From: Escherichia coli
GTDB lineage: Bacteria > Pseudomonadota > Gammaproteobacteria > Enterobacterales > Enterobacteriaceae
Assembly (NCBI RefSeq): GCF_003334355.1
Contig: NZ_QOWP01000011.1
Strand: one strand, 5' to 3'
Length of the DNA: 64,000 nucleotides
The notes below the pieces were generated by a model. The model was not told the origin of the DNA and searched no databases. It worked only from the letters and a program-made list of their open reading frames with translations. A program made the translations under genes and the position numbers. Of this stretch, positions 22,797 to 35,276 are shown piece after piece; the first letter of the stretch is position 1; each line of letters starts with the position of its first letter.

Positions 22797-22807
22797 GGAG
22801 TGCAGCC

Positions 22808-23821
22808 ATGAGCGTAATTGAAACTGCAACTGTGCCGCTCGCACAACAACAGGCTGACGCACTGCTGAACGTGAAAGATTTGCGTGTCACCTTTAGTACC
22901 CCGGACGGCGACGTCACGGCGGTCAATGATTTGAATTTTTCCCTACGTGCCGGAGAAACGCTGGGTATTGTAGGTGAGTCTGGTTCGGGTAAATCGCAAA
23001 CTGCATTTGCGTTGATGGGCCTGTTGGCTGCCAACGGACGTATTGGCGGATCGGCAACCTTCAATGGGCGTGAAATCCTCAATTTGCCAGAGCATGAACT
23101 CAATAAACTGCGCGCTGAACAAATCTCAATGATTTTTCAGGACCCAATGACTTCGTTGAATCCCTATATGCGCGTCGGTGAGCAGTTAATGGAAGTGCTG
23201 ATGCTGCATAAGAACATGAGCAAAGCTGAGGCGTTTGAAGAGTCGGTGCGGATGCTCGATGCGGTAAAAATGCCGGAAGCGCGTAAACGCATGAAAATGT
23301 ACCCGCACGAATTTTCTGGCGGCATGCGTCAGCGAGTCATGATTGCGATGGCATTGCTATGTCGACCTAAGCTACTGATTGCGGATGAACCCACTACTGC
23401 GCTGGACGTCACCGTACAGGCGCAGATCATGACGCTATTAAATGAACTGAAGCGGGAATTTAATACCGCCATCATTATGATCACCCACGATCTTGGCGTG
23501 GTGGCGGGGATCTGCGACAAAGTGCTGGTAATGTACGCCGGGCGCACGATGGAATATGGCAATGCGCGCGATGTCTTTTATCAACCCGTTCATCCTTATT
23601 CTATCGGTTTGCTCAACGCGGTGCCGCGTCTTGATGCGGAAGGTGAAACAATGTTGACCATCCCTGGTAATCCGCCAAACTTGCTGCGATTACCGAAAGG
23701 TTGCCCGTTCCAGCCACGTTGTCCACATGCGATGGAAATTTGTAGTAGCGCACCGCCGCTGGAAGAGTTTACGCCTGGCCGTCTGCGTGCTTGCTTTAAA
23801 CCGGTGGAGGAACTGTTATGA
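22808..23821 (+). CDS. oppD: oligopeptide ABC transporter ATPase
   Basis: Walker A GESGSGKSQ, signature LSGGMRQR, Walker B LLIADEP. Confidence 0.93.
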   Translation: MSVIETATVPLAQQQADALLNVKDLRVTFSTPDGDVTAVNDLNFSLRAGETLGIVGESGSGKSQTAFALMGLLAANGRIGGSATFNGREILNLPEHELNKLRAEQISMIFQDPMTSLNPYMRVGEQLMEVLMLHKNMSKAEAFEESVRMLDAVKMPEARKRMKMYPHEFSGGMRQRVMIAMALLCRPKLLIADEPTTALDVTVQAQIMTLLNELKREFNTAIIMITHDLGVVAGICDKVLVMYAGRTMEYGNARDVFYQPVHPYSIGLLNAVPRLDAEGETMLTIPGNPPNLLRLPKGCPFQPRCPHAMEICSSAPPLEEFTPGRLRACFKPVEELL

Positions 23822-24822
23822 ATGCTGTAACTGAAGGAAGAAAAGTCCTCCTTGAAATCGCCGATCTTAAAGTGCACTTTGAAATCAAAGATGGCAAACA
23901 GTGGTTCTGGCAACCGCCGAAAACGCTCAAAGCCGTCGATGGTGTCACTCTTCGCCTGTATGAAGGGGAAACATTAGGTGTGGTAGGGGAATCGGGATGC
24001 GGTAAGTCCACCTTTGCTCGCGCCATCATCGGTTTGGTCAAGGCGACCGACGGTCATGTTGCCTGGTTAGGTAAAGAGTTGCTGGGCATGAAGCCCGATG
24101 AATGGCGTGCCGTTCGCAGTGATATTCAGATGATTTTCCAGGATCCGTTGGCATCGCTAAACCCGCGTATGACCATCGGCGAGATCATCGCTGAACCACT
24201 GCGTACTTATCATCCGAAAATGTCATGCCAGGAAGTTCGCGAGCGCGTGAAGGCGATGATGCTGAAAGTCGGGTTATTGCCTAACCTGATTAACCGCTAT
24301 CCGCATGAGTTCTCCGGTGGGCAGTGCCAGCGTATCGGGATTGCTCGTGCTCTTATTCTTGAACCGAAGCTGATTATCTGCGATGAGCCGGTGTCGGCGC
24401 TGGACGTGTCAATTCAGGCGCAGGTGGTCAACCTGCTCCAGCAGCTGCAACGTGAGATGGGATTGTCATTAATTTTTATCGCTCATGACCTGGCCGTGGT
24501 AAAACACATTTCCGATCGTGTGTTGGTGATGTATCTCGGCCATGCGGTAGAACTGGGGACCTATGATGAGGTCTACCACAATCCACTACATCCTTACACC
24601 AGGGCATTGATGTCGGCAGTCCCCATACCTGATCCGGATCTGGAGAAGAACAAAACCATCCAGTTACTGGAAGGGGAATTACCGTCGCCGATCAACCCGC
24701 CTTCCGGTTGTGTTTTCCGTACCCGTTGCCCGATTGCCGGTCCGGAGTGCGCCAAAACACGTCCTGTTCTGGAGGGGAGTTTCAGACACGCCGTTTCTTG
24801 CCTGAAAGTCGATCCGCTTTAA
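23818..24822 (+). CDS. oppF: oligopeptide ABC transporter ATPase
   Basis: Walker A GESGCGKST, signature FSGGQCQR; ATGA overlap with oppD. Confidence 0.93.
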   Translation: MNAVTEGRKVLLEIADLKVHFEIKDGKQWFWQPPKTLKAVDGVTLRLYEGETLGVVGESGCGKSTFARAIIGLVKATDGHVAWLGKELLGMKPDEWRAVRSDIQMIFQDPLASLNPRMTIGEIIAEPLRTYHPKMSCQEVRERVKAMMLKVGLLPNLINRYPHEFSGGQCQRIGIARALILEPKLIICDEPVSALDVSIQAQVVNLLQQLQREMGLSLIFIAHDLAVVKHISDRVLVMYLGHAVELGTYDEVYHNPLHPYTRALMSAVPIPDPDLEKNKTIQLLEGELPSPINPPSGCVFRTRCPIAGPECAKTRPVLEGSFRHAVSCLKVDPL

Positions 24823-24830
24823 ACACAATA

Positions 24831-24857
24831 AGGGCTGACAGTTGTCAGCCCTTTTTC
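24831..24857 (+). terminator. opp operon terminator
   Basis: agggctgaca / tgtcagccct hairpin followed by ttttt. Confidence 0.7.
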
Positions 24858-24874
24858 ACGCCGAAAGCGATTAT

Positions 24875-26699
<1,825 letters not shown>

Positions 26700-26841
26700 A
26701 GATTAGAAATCCTTTTGAAAGCGCATTGTTATGAGTTTACGCATATGGATTCATCTGGCAAATAAAAACGCGGGAAAAGCACTGGTCAGCGTCGGGGGCG
26801 GGGGTATAATGACCATTCTGTTATTGCATAGAGTAGTTAAC

Positions 26842-27015
26842 ATGAAGCGGAGTAGAACGGAAGTGGGGCGCTGGCGCATGCAGCGTCAGGCTAGCCGACG
26901 TAAATCGCGTTGGCTTGAGGGGCAATCGCGCCGAAATATGCGTATCCACAGCATCAGGAAGTGCATTCTAAACAAACAGCGTAACTCGTTATTGTTTGCG
27001 ATCTACAATATCTAA
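26842..27015 (+). CDS. yciY: small basic protein
   Basis: 57-codon ORF from ATG 26842 (MKRSRTEVGRWRMQRQ...); matches recalled YciY. Confidence 0.6.
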   Translation: MKRSRTEVGRWRMQRQASRRKSRWLEGQSRRNMRIHSIRKCILNKQRNSLLFAIYNI

Positions 27016-27069
27016 ATGTACTGGGCACCATTGCGGTGCCCAATAAGTTTACTCCTCCGTCTTTAAACT

Positions 27070-28323
27070 CTATTTTTGCGCCGATTCTTTACTGTCAGCT
27101 TTCGTTTCTTGTTCATCGTTATCGCTGAAAATACCATGACCTGAGTTCAACAACATTGAAACGAGCATATCATTATTAATCTCTTCACCATTTAAAACTC
27201 GCGCCAGAATTTCGCTGCCAAACAGTTGCGGTGAGAGAATGATATCCGGATGTACCATCTTAATCTTATTCAGGTTTTTGCTATCACTGACGGCGAGAAC
27301 TGTTTTGACATCACTGCTCATATCTTTTGCCGAGAGTACAACAAACGCGTTATCTGCATCGTTATCACTCAGCGCCAGAATGGCCCGGCAACGATCGATT
27401 CCCGCTTTCTTTAATACAGAACTGTCATTACTGTCACCGGGGATAACATCAGCATTATCGCCTAAGCGTTGCTCAAGTTGCTTGATATCATCTTCAGGCA
27501 AGTTGCTGATAACCGTTACGTTTTGTCCGCGTTGATTCAGTTGCAGGATCGTATTGATGGCGAGAATCGAATGTCCGCAAACAATAAAATGATCTTTACG
27601 ATGCATTGTATGATTGTTTCCTTTTACAAGTTTGTTGAATCCCCCGCGGATAAGCGGACCAAAAATTGAGGTCATAGATGTGGCAAAAACGGTAATGCCG
27701 GAAATAATGACCGAAATAGTGAACAATCGTGCTGATTCAGAAACAGGGACAATATCGCCATAGCCGACGGTTGACATGGTTTCTATCGAAAAATAGAACG
27801 CGGTCATCAAACTTTCTATTCGCGGATTAAAACCTTCGCTTAAATAAAGCGCACCGTAGGTTGAGTAAAACAGTAATGTCGTGAAACTAATAAATGCAAA
27901 AATTGTCCCGGCTGCGGCGCTACTGTGGGAGAAGTCTTTGCGCAGTATCAGCAAAAACACCAGCGTAAAAATGCAAAATCCAATACTAAATTTCAGCCAG
28001 GGATAAAAATGCAGGGTGTAAATTAGCGCTATCAACAACAAAATGATACTGATTGCCCATGCGAGCTTTGCCCGGAACAGTAAGCCAATGGAGTTCAGGA
28101 CAAGAAAGACGCCGAGCATAAAGAGTGGGGCGTTTGCCAGCAAGGAGAGATCCAACTCTGAAAATGCTTTGATATGGAAAATATCAAGCAAATTGACCGA
28201 CATACCATAGATTGTTTTAAAAATAAGCAATCCATTTAAAAAGACGGCCAGCGCGAGAATGTCGTGCCGAAGGGTCACCCATAAATTTGTTGCTGTTTGT
28301 TTGAATGTAGCCCAGTGACTCAC
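27070..28323 (-). CDS. kch: voltage-gated K+ channel homolog
   Basis: GTG start at 28323 after AGAGG; TM helices and K+ selectivity filter TVGYGD; RCK-like C-terminus. Confidence 0.88.
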   Translation of the reverse strand: MSHWATFKQTATNLWVTLRHDILALAVFLNGLLIFKTIYGMSVNLLDIFHIKAFSELDLSLLANAPLFMLGVFLVLNSIGLLFRAKLAWAISIILLLIALIYTLHFYPWLKFSIGFCIFTLVFLLILRKDFSHSSAAAGTIFAFISFTTLLFYSTYGALYLSEGFNPRIESLMTAFYFSIETMSTVGYGDIVPVSESARLFTISVIISGITVFATSMTSIFGPLIRGGFNKLVKGNNHTMHRKDHFIVCGHSILAINTILQLNQRGQNVTVISNLPEDDIKQLEQRLGDNADVIPGDSNDSSVLKKAGIDRCRAILALSDNDADNAFVVLSAKDMSSDVKTVLAVSDSKNLNKIKMVHPDIILSPQLFGSEILARVLNGEEINNDMLVSMLLNSGHGIFSDNDEQETKADSKESAQK

Positions 28324-28622
28324 TGATACCTCTGTAACCACAATTTTGTTTAATTATCTTAGCGTGCACATTTTCTGAACATACATGCAGCGCGTGAATA
28401 TGTTAAACAATAGTAGATGACTTTATCCGCAGTAATCAAAGGATTTGAGCGAGCAACTGTACCTCAGGAAAGGTCATTTTTCCTGAATATGCTCACATCA
28501 TATAAAGAAATACAGATAAAGTTATTATCTGCTTGTGGTGGTGAATGCACTGACCGGCTATAAGGAAAGGCCAAACAAGAACACGGTTGCAAAAACCGTG
28601 CCCTTAAATATTGAATCTCTAT

Positions 28623-28919
28623 TCAGAACACTTTCTTAAATGGTTTCACTGAAACGTGTTCATAGACTCCTGCCGCTACGTACGGGTCAGCATCGGCCCA
28701 GGCCTGAGCTGCTTCCAGCGATTCAAATTCAGCAATAACGGTTGAGCCAGTAAATCCCGCAGCCCCTGGATCGTTACTGTCTACCGCTGGCATTGGACCA
28801 GCTGTCAACAAACGACCTTCATCATGCAGTAACTGTAAACGTGCTAAATGTGCCGGACGAACGGAAAGGCGTTTTTCGAGGCTATCAGCTTTGTCTTGAG
28901 CGTAAATAACATACAACAC
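28623..28919 (-). CDS. yciI: YciI-like protein
   Basis: GTG start at 28919 preceded by AAGGAG; 98 aa. Confidence 0.8.
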
Positions 28920-29075
28920 GGGCACAACTCCTTGTTCGGGAAAGTTGTAAAGTACGTTATTTGAAAGGGCGAAGATCTGCAACGGAAAGATGATGTCTTT
29001 GTTAAGGCCATGCATAAAGTAAGGGTAATTACGCCAAAAATGACATTTTCACTGATCCTGATCGTCTTGCCTTAT

Positions 29076-29094
29076 TGAATATGATTGCTATTTG
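29076..29094 (+). promoter_or_regulatory. putative Fur box in tonB promoter
   Basis: gaatatgattgctatttgc resembles Fur consensus gataatgataatcattatc, about 50 bp upstream of tonB ATG. Confidence 0.45.
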
Positions 29095-29142
29095 CATTTA
29101 AAATCGAGACCTGGTTTTTCTACTGAAATGATTATGACTTCA

Positions 29143-29862
29143 ATGACCCTTGATTTACCTCGCCGCTTCCCCTGGCCGACGTTACTTTCGGTCTGCATTC
29201 ATGGTGCTGTTGTGGCGGGTCTGCTCTATACCTCGGTACATCAGGTTATTGAACTACCTGCGCCTGCGCAGCCGATTTCTGTCACGATGGTTACGCCTGC
29301 TGATCTCGAACCGCCACAAGCCGTTCAGCCGCCACCGGAGCCGGTGGTAGAGCCAGAACCGGAACCTGAGCCGATCCCCGAACCGCCAAAAGAAGCACCG
29401 GTGGTCATTGAAAAGCCGAAGCCGAAACCTAAGCCAAAACCGAAGCCGGTGAAAAAGGTACAGGAGCAGCCAAAACGCGATGTCAAACCCGTAGAGTCGC
29501 GTCCGGCATCACCGTTTGAAAATACGGCACCGGCACGCCTGACATCAAGTACAGCAACGGCTGCAACCAGCAAGCCGGTTACCAGTGTGGCTTCAGGACC
29601 ACGCGCATTAAGCCGTAATCAGCCGCAGTATCCGGCACGAGCACAGGCATTGCGCATTGAAGGGCAGGTTAAAGTTAAATTTGACGTTACGCCGGATGGT
29701 CGCGTGGATAACGTACAAATCCTCTCAGCCAAGCCTGCGAACATGTTTGAGCGTGAGGTGAAAAATGCGATGCGCAGATGGCGTTATGAGCCGGGTAAGC
29801 CAGGCAGTGGGATTGTGGTGAATATCCTGTTTAAAATTAACGGCACCACCGAAATTCAGTAA
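29143..29862 (+). CDS. tonB: TonB energy transducer
   Basis: MTLDLPRRFPW start; (EP)n and (KP)n proline-rich repeats; 239 aa. Confidence 0.93.
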   Translation: MTLDLPRRFPWPTLLSVCIHGAVVAGLLYTSVHQVIELPAPAQPISVTMVTPADLEPPQAVQPPPEPVVEPEPEPEPIPEPPKEAPVVIEKPKPKPKPKPKPVKKVQEQPKRDVKPVESRPASPFENTAPARLTSSTATAATSKPVTSVASGPRALSRNQPQYPARAQALRIEGQVKVKFDVTPDGRVDNVQILSAKPANMFEREVKNAMRRWRYEPGKPGSGIVVNILFKINGTTEIQ

Positions 29863-29868
29863 GCAGAA

Positions 29869-29900
29869 AGTCAAAAGCCTCCGACCGGAGGCTTTTGACT
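29869..29900. terminator. bidirectional tonB/yciA terminator
   Basis: Perfect 15-bp inverted repeat agtcaaaagcctccg / cggaggcttttgact between convergent genes. Confidence 0.8.
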
Positions 29901-29901
29901 A

Positions 29902-30300
29902 TTACTCAACAGGTAAGGCGCGAGGTTTTCCTTCAGGATCAACCGCGACATACTTAAATAATGCTTCTGTCGCTTTATAGCGTTGCCCAATTGGTTCAGA
30001 CGCTACTTTTTTCACCCACACTTCAATATTAATGCTGACCGATGTCGTCCCTTTCTGGACACAGCGTGCATAGCAGCACACCACATCGCCGACCGCAACC
30101 GGCCGTAAGAAAGTCATTCCTTCAACCCGCACAGTCACTACGCGACCGTGGGCAATTTCTTTTGCCAGAATAGCGCCGCCAATATCCATTTGTGACATTA
30201 ACCAACCACCAAAGATGTCACCATTGGCATTGGTATCGGCGGGCATGGCTAAAGTACGTAAAACAAGATCGCCCTGAGGGACGTTATGTGTTGTAGACAT
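29902..30300 (-). CDS. yciA: acyl-CoA thioesterase (hotdog fold)
   Basis: 132-aa ORF recognised as YciA. Confidence 0.9.
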   Translation of the reverse strand: MSTTHNVPQGDLVLRTLAMPADTNANGDIFGGWLMSQMDIGGAILAKEIAHGRVVTVRVEGMTFLRPVAVGDVVCCYARCVQKGTTSVSINIEVWVKKVASEPIGQRYKATEALFKYVAVDPEGKPRALPVE

Positions 30301-30404
30301 GGTAAAACCGACTTAAAAGGAAAATCACAGGCGCGATGCTACTATGATTTTCCTGAGGAGAACAGAGGAGATACAGCGCCAGCCCCGAAGGACTGGCAGT
30401 CTGG

Positions 30405-30944
30405 TTAGGATTTATCTTCCTGCGGCATGTGGCGGTAGATATAGATACCGCTTAACAATGTGAAGATTAAGGTAAGGGCGGTCAGGCCAAAGACTTTAAA
30501 GTTGACCCAAATATTTTGCGGCAGCCAGAATGCGATGTAGATGTTTGCCAGACCGCAAAGGATAAAGAAAACAGCCCAGGCCAGATTCAGCTTCGACCAT
30601 ACCGGTTGCGGCAGCGTGAGTTCTTTACCCAGCATCCGCTGAATTAGCGGCTTTTTCATCACCCATTGGCTGACTAACAGGGCTCCCGCAAATAGAGCAT
30701 AAATGACTGTAACCTTCCATTTAATAAACTCATCATTGTGGAAGAACAGCGTCAAGCCACCGAAGACGACCACCAGAACAAAAGTGATCAGGGCCATCTT
30801 CTCAACCTTACGAAAGCGAACCCAGCTATAGATAAGCACAATCGCCGTGGCGACGATCAGCGCCGCAGTAGCCGCATAGATGTCATAAATCTTGTAAAAC
30901 GCGAAAAAGACAACCAGCGGTAAAAAATCAAGAAACTGCTTCAT
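30405..30944 (-). CDS. yciB: intracellular septation protein A
   Basis: 179-aa multi-TM ORF. Confidence 0.9.
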   Translation of the reverse strand: MKQFLDFLPLVVFFAFYKIYDIYAATAALIVATAIVLIYSWVRFRKVEKMALITFVLVVVFGGLTLFFHNDEFIKWKVTVIYALFAGALLVSQWVMKKPLIQRMLGKELTLPQPVWSKLNLAWAVFFILCGLANIYIAFWLPQNIWVNFKVFGLTALTLIFTLLSGIYIYRHMPQEDKS

Positions 30945-30973
30945 TTTACGATTCCGTAATCAAATGCTTAAGG

Positions 30974-31717
30974 TTATTGGCGAATCAACATATACAGGCG
31001 GAACAGATAGATGAGCAATATGGCTGAAATCAGGTTGCTCAAGGTGTTCGCCAGTACGGCACCAATTTCCGGGGTTAATGCGGCAAAAGAAGAGGCAAAA
31101 AGCAGCAACAGTGTTTTTGCCAGCAACCAGCTCAGTACTGCGGGTGCCACCAGACGCATATTCGCCCAAGTCAGCCGCATACTGCTACGCATCGAGGCAA
31201 AAACGCCCATTTTGTCCTGTACCAACATCACCGGTGCCAGGGCCAGTAAAATGGCCATGATAATTCCCGGAACGACCACCAGCATGATGCCAATCTGTAC
31301 TAAAAGGGTAGTCAGAAAAATCAGAATAAATAACTTTGGCAATATCGGCGCACTGGCACCAATAGCTCGCAGCGCACTGACTCTCTGACCCGCAGACACC
31401 AGCTGGATAATTAATATTACGCCTCCGGCGAGAATGGCGTTACCGATTAATCCTGAAAAAGTGGACGCCGCTGAAGCCTGCAGCAAAATTTGTTGCTGTT
31501 CCGGTGACATATTCTGAACCAGGTCGAACAACCCACTACTGCCGCTAACGGGCACGCCGTCATTGAGCTGCGCAAGCTGTGCATCACTGGGTGAGAAAAC
31601 ATGCCCTAACACCACTGTGATAAACGCACATAGCAACGATACCAACAGAATGGTCATAAATTGATTACGGAAGAAATTTCCGGTGTCACGGTATACGGAC
31701 TGCGCCGTGATAGACAT
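30974..31717 (-). CDS. yciC: UPF0259 membrane protein
   Basis: 247-aa multi-TM ORF. Confidence 0.88.
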
Positions 31718-32073
31718 GCACTCTCCTTGAGTTTTATGCAGGTGTTAATTAGCGGGCAATTGTACCCTGGTTAAGCCTCGGGTGGCAGCATCAGGTCTTG
31801 TATGGAAAAGCATATCTTTGTAAAGCGGAGGTAATTGCTGGCCTTCAGGCATGGGCAAATCGCGGCAAGTGGCGACCGAGTTAATATTTGCGTAGCGAAA
31901 ATATTTAAAAATTGATTTAAATCACATTAACCAGGATTCTCAATGCAACTTCTAAATTAATCCAGATCAATAAAGGGTGAATTATCATATGTAATGTGAT
32001 CTATGTAGGATCATTTGTTACTCCAATGTAGGTATATTCGTCACGTTTTTATAACCATAACGACGGAGCGGAT

Positions 32074-32712
32074 ATGAAAAAGTTAACAGTGGCGGCTTTG
32101 GCAGTAACAACTCTTCTCTCTGGCAGTGCCTTTGCGCATGAAGCAGGCGAATTTTTTATGCGTGCAGGTTCTGCAACCGTACGTCCAACAGAAGGTGCTG
32201 GTGGTACGTTAGGAAGTCTGGGTGGATTCAGCGTGACCAATAACACGCAACTGGGCCTTACGTTTACTTATATGGCGACCGACAACATTGGTGTGGAATT
32301 ACTGGCAGCGACGCCGTTCCGCCATAAAATCGGCACCCGGGCGACCGGCGATATTGCAACCGTTCATCATCTGCCACCAACACTGATGGCGCAGTGGTAT
32401 TTTGGTGATGCCAGCAGCAAATTCCGTCCTTACGTTGGGGCAGGTATTAACTACACCACCTTCTTTGATAATGGATTTAACGATCATGGCAAAGAGGCAG
32501 GGCTTTCCGATCTCAGTCTGAAAGATTCCTGGGGAGCTGCCGGGCAGGTGGGGGTTGATTATCTGATTAACCGTGACTGGTTGGTTAACATGTCAGTGTG
32601 GTACATGGATATCGATACCACCGCCAATTATAAGCTGGGCGGTGCACAGCAACACGATAGCGTACGCCTCGATCCGTGGGTGTTTATGCTCTCAGCAGGA
32701 TATCGTTTTTAA
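32074..32712 (+). CDS. ompW: outer membrane protein W
   Basis: 212-aa ORF, signal peptide MKKLTVAALAVTTLLSGSAFA, beta-barrel ending in F. Confidence 0.92.
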   Translation: MKKLTVAALAVTTLLSGSAFAHEAGEFFMRAGSATVRPTEGAGGTLGSLGGFSVTNNTQLGLTFTYMATDNIGVELLAATPFRHKIGTRATGDIATVHHLPPTLMAQWYFGDASSKFRPYVGAGINYTTFFDNGFNDHGKEAGLSDLSLKDSWGAAGQVGVDYLINRDWLVNMSVWYMDIDTTANYKLGGAQQHDSVRLDPWVFMLSAGYRF

Positions 32713-32720
32713 TTCCGCAC

Positions 32721-32747
32721 AAAAACGACCCCGTAATATACGGGGTC
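32721..32747 (-). terminator. yciE terminator
   Basis: gaccccg / cggggtc hairpin with plus-strand A-run (T-run on minus transcript). Confidence 0.6.
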
Positions 32748-32771
32748 AATAAGGACATGGTATAAAGGGTA

Positions 32772-33278
32772 TTATTTCTTCGCTTCTACGCCATCAGTTT
32801 CAGAGCGAATTAAAAATTTCTCAGTTGTTTGCGGAATATTCTGAATCAGCCAGTCGGCCATTTGCTTTTCCTCATTTAAAATCGCTTCGATGGTTGGAAT
32901 TGAAGCTGTATCACCGGCATTTTTTGCTGCTGCTAATAGTGAGGTGTAACAGGCGATTTCAAATTGCTCGAAGACATATCCGCTAATAGAGCCTTTGACT
33001 ATTTCATCAGAAGGGAATATACCACCGATTGACTGCCCAAGCGCAGCCATTTTACTCATGGAATCTTTAATGACTGAACGTGAAATGTCATTACGATCAA
33101 GAATAGTTTCCAGTTGAACAATCTGGTTTTTGGTTTCACTAAGATGTTGTTCAATACGAGCGCGTAGTTCAGGATAATTATCTATACGGCTGGCCATGGA
33201 TTCAAGCATAGATTCGGCTTGCTTTTCCATTGCGTGGGCGTCACGTAACCAGTCATGATAATGTTCAATACGATTCAT
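32772..33278 (-). CDS. yciE: ferritin-like stress protein (DUF892)
   Basis: 168-aa ORF recognised as YciE. Confidence 0.9.
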   Translation of the reverse strand: MNRIEHYHDWLRDAHAMEKQAESMLESMASRIDNYPELRARIEQHLSETKNQIVQLETILDRNDISRSVIKDSMSKMAALGQSIGGIFPSDEIVKGSISGYVFEQFEIACYTSLLAAAKNAGDTASIPTIEAILNEEKQMADWLIQNIPQTTEKFLIRSETDGVEAKK

Positions 33279-33323
33279 GAAAATGTCCTCTTTATAAAAT
33301 GACTAAAAGTTAAAATTCATATT

Positions 33324-33824
33324 TCAGGCTTTATTTTCGGCTTTCTTATTTACGTTATTAATGGCCAGATCAGTCAGTTTGATGTCGGTGGCCTTTTCTT
33401 CTTCCAGGGTTTCTTTCAGAAGCTTCGCTGCTTTACGGTAACCTAATTGTTCAGCCAGCGTCGCTAATGTCCCGTAACTGGCAATCTCATAATGCTCGAC
33501 TTTCTGTGCTGCGGCAATCAGTGCGGCATCACGCACTTCGTTTTTCTCGGTACTTTCGATGACCTCATTAGCTTCTTCAATAAGACCTTCCATTGCCACA
33601 CATTTCATGCGCTTAATTTTCAGGTTCGATTCGGACTCCACAACTTGATCAATACGTTCAATCTGTCCATGAGTTTCCTCGAGGTGCGCATGAAAAGCCT
33701 GACTTAATTTTTCATTTGATGTTGCTCTTGCGAGTTTTGCCAGTGCCCGGGTTAATTGTTTTTCTGCGCTGTAGGTATCTGAAAGCAGGTGAATAAATAC
33801 ATCTTCAATGGTCTTCATATTCAT
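33324..33824 (-). CDS. yciF: ferritin-like stress protein (DUF892)
   Basis: ATG at 33824-33822 (MNMKTIEDVF...); paralogous to yciE. Confidence 0.88.
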   Translation of the reverse strand: MNMKTIEDVFIHLLSDTYSAEKQLTRALAKLARATSNEKLSQAFHAHLEETHGQIERIDQVVESESNLKIKRMKCVAMEGLIEEANEVIESTEKNEVRDAALIAAAQKVEHYEIASYGTLATLAEQLGYRKAAKLLKETLEEEKATDIKLTDLAINNVNKKAENKA

Positions 33825-33909
33825 ATTTTTCTCCAGTGAAATCACTGCGAGCCATACGGCCCGCAGATGCAATTATCTTTATCAGCTGATATTAATAATT
33901 AACGGTGAA

Positions 33910-34089
33910 TCAGGATTTGCCTGATTTATTACCACCGCTTTGTTGACCGCCTTTTTTACCCGCTTCAGATGCGCGTTGCGGATCATTTTTAAAATTACCG
34001 CCGCTATGCTGACCGCCTTTACGGCCTGCGTCGGATGCCTTCTCACGGTCTTCGGCGAAATTTCCTGAACCACCACGATGTTCGGCCAT
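33910..34089 (-). CDS. yciG: KGG-repeat stress protein
   Basis: ATG at 34089-34087; 59 aa with repeated KGG/QSGG motifs. Confidence 0.8.
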   Translation of the reverse strand: MAEHRGGSGNFAEDREKASDAGRKGGQHSGGNFKNDPQRASEAGKKGGQQSGGNKSGKS

Positions 34090-34436
34090 GTTATTTCTCC
34101 CGTTGCGTTGCATTGTTTCATTAATATGAGTGTTGTGTGTCGACACTCATTAAAATTAGTCGCTAATGAGAATTAGTCAAATTAAGCGCAACGAGAAGAT
34201 AGAGGGAAAATATATTTTGAGGAACATTCTGGATATATTAACAATTACCTGAGGAATAAGTGACTTAGAGAAAATTATTGATTTTACTGGTGTTATGTTG
34301 CGGGATTAATTTGTTTGATTATATTACTGTTGGGCGGAAAAATGACGTAAGTTGACGTTCGACCGGGGTAAGCGAAACGGTAAAAAGATAAATATTAAAT
34401 GAATTTAGGATTTTTCCGGCTTCATTAAAGAAAGTT

Positions 34437-34462
34437 AAAATGCCGCCAGCGGAACTGGCGGC
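34437..34462 (-). terminator. trp operon terminator (trp t)
   Basis: Minus-strand CAGCCGCCAG-TTCCG-CTGGCGGC hairpin followed by TTTT, 8 nt after trpA stop. Confidence 0.8.
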
Positions 34463-34469
34463 TGTGGGA

Positions 34470-35276
34470 TTAACTGCGCGTCGCCGCTTTCATCGGTTGT
34501 ACAAAAACTTTCAGTGCCGCCAGCATTTTCTCTGGCTCATTAATATGTTGCTCGATGATTTTAACAATGGCCGAACCAGAAATCGCGCCCGCAGCTCCTG
34601 CATCAATCGCTGCTTTTACCTGATCCGGGGCGGAAATACCAAATCCCTGCAATGGAGGTGCAGCGTTGTACTCTTTCAGCTTCGCAACCAGATGATTGAG
34701 GGGTAACGCGGCGCGGTTTTCTGCGCCGGTCACGCCTGCTCGTGACAGCAAATAGGTGTAACCACGACCGTAAGAGGCTATCTGGCGCAGCAGGTCGTCA
34801 TCGGCATTTGGCGGGCAGATGAAGATAGGTGCGACATTATGACGCAACGCGGCCTGGCGGAAGGGCGCGGACTCTTCAACTGGCACATCGGCAACCAGCA
34901 CCGAATCGACGCCGACTTTTTCGCACTGGGCATAAAACTCATCAATGCCTTTGTTAAACACCAGATTGGCATACATCAACAGGCCAATGGGAATGGTCGG
35001 GTGTTTCTGGCGAATCAGTGCCAGCATTTCAAAACATTGTGCCGGAGTCACACCTGCCGCAAAGGCGCGCAGAGTGGCGTTTTGAATCGTCGGGCCATCC
35101 GCCAGTGGGTCGGAGAAGGGGATACCTAACTCCAGCGCGTCAGCACCGGCTTCAATTAGCGTATCGATAATTTTCAATGACTGCTCAATGCCCGGATCAC
35201 CGAGCGTGACGAAAGGAACGAATGCGCCTTCTTTGCGCTCCTTCAACTGGGCAAACAGAGATTCGTAGCGTTCCAT
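34470..35276 (-). CDS. trpA: tryptophan synthase alpha subunit
   Basis: 268-aa [16 protein letters not shown]...; start overlaps trpB stop. Confidence 0.95.

Noticed and set aside
22750-23103. 117-aa minus-strand ORF overlapping oppC/oppD junction
   Set aside because: Antisense to ABC transporter genes with clear Walker motifs on the plus strand
26731-27015. 94-aa ORF as the full-length product
   Set aside because: Only the C-terminal 57 codons from ATG 26842 match the small protein I recall (yciY); the upstream extension has no convincing start context
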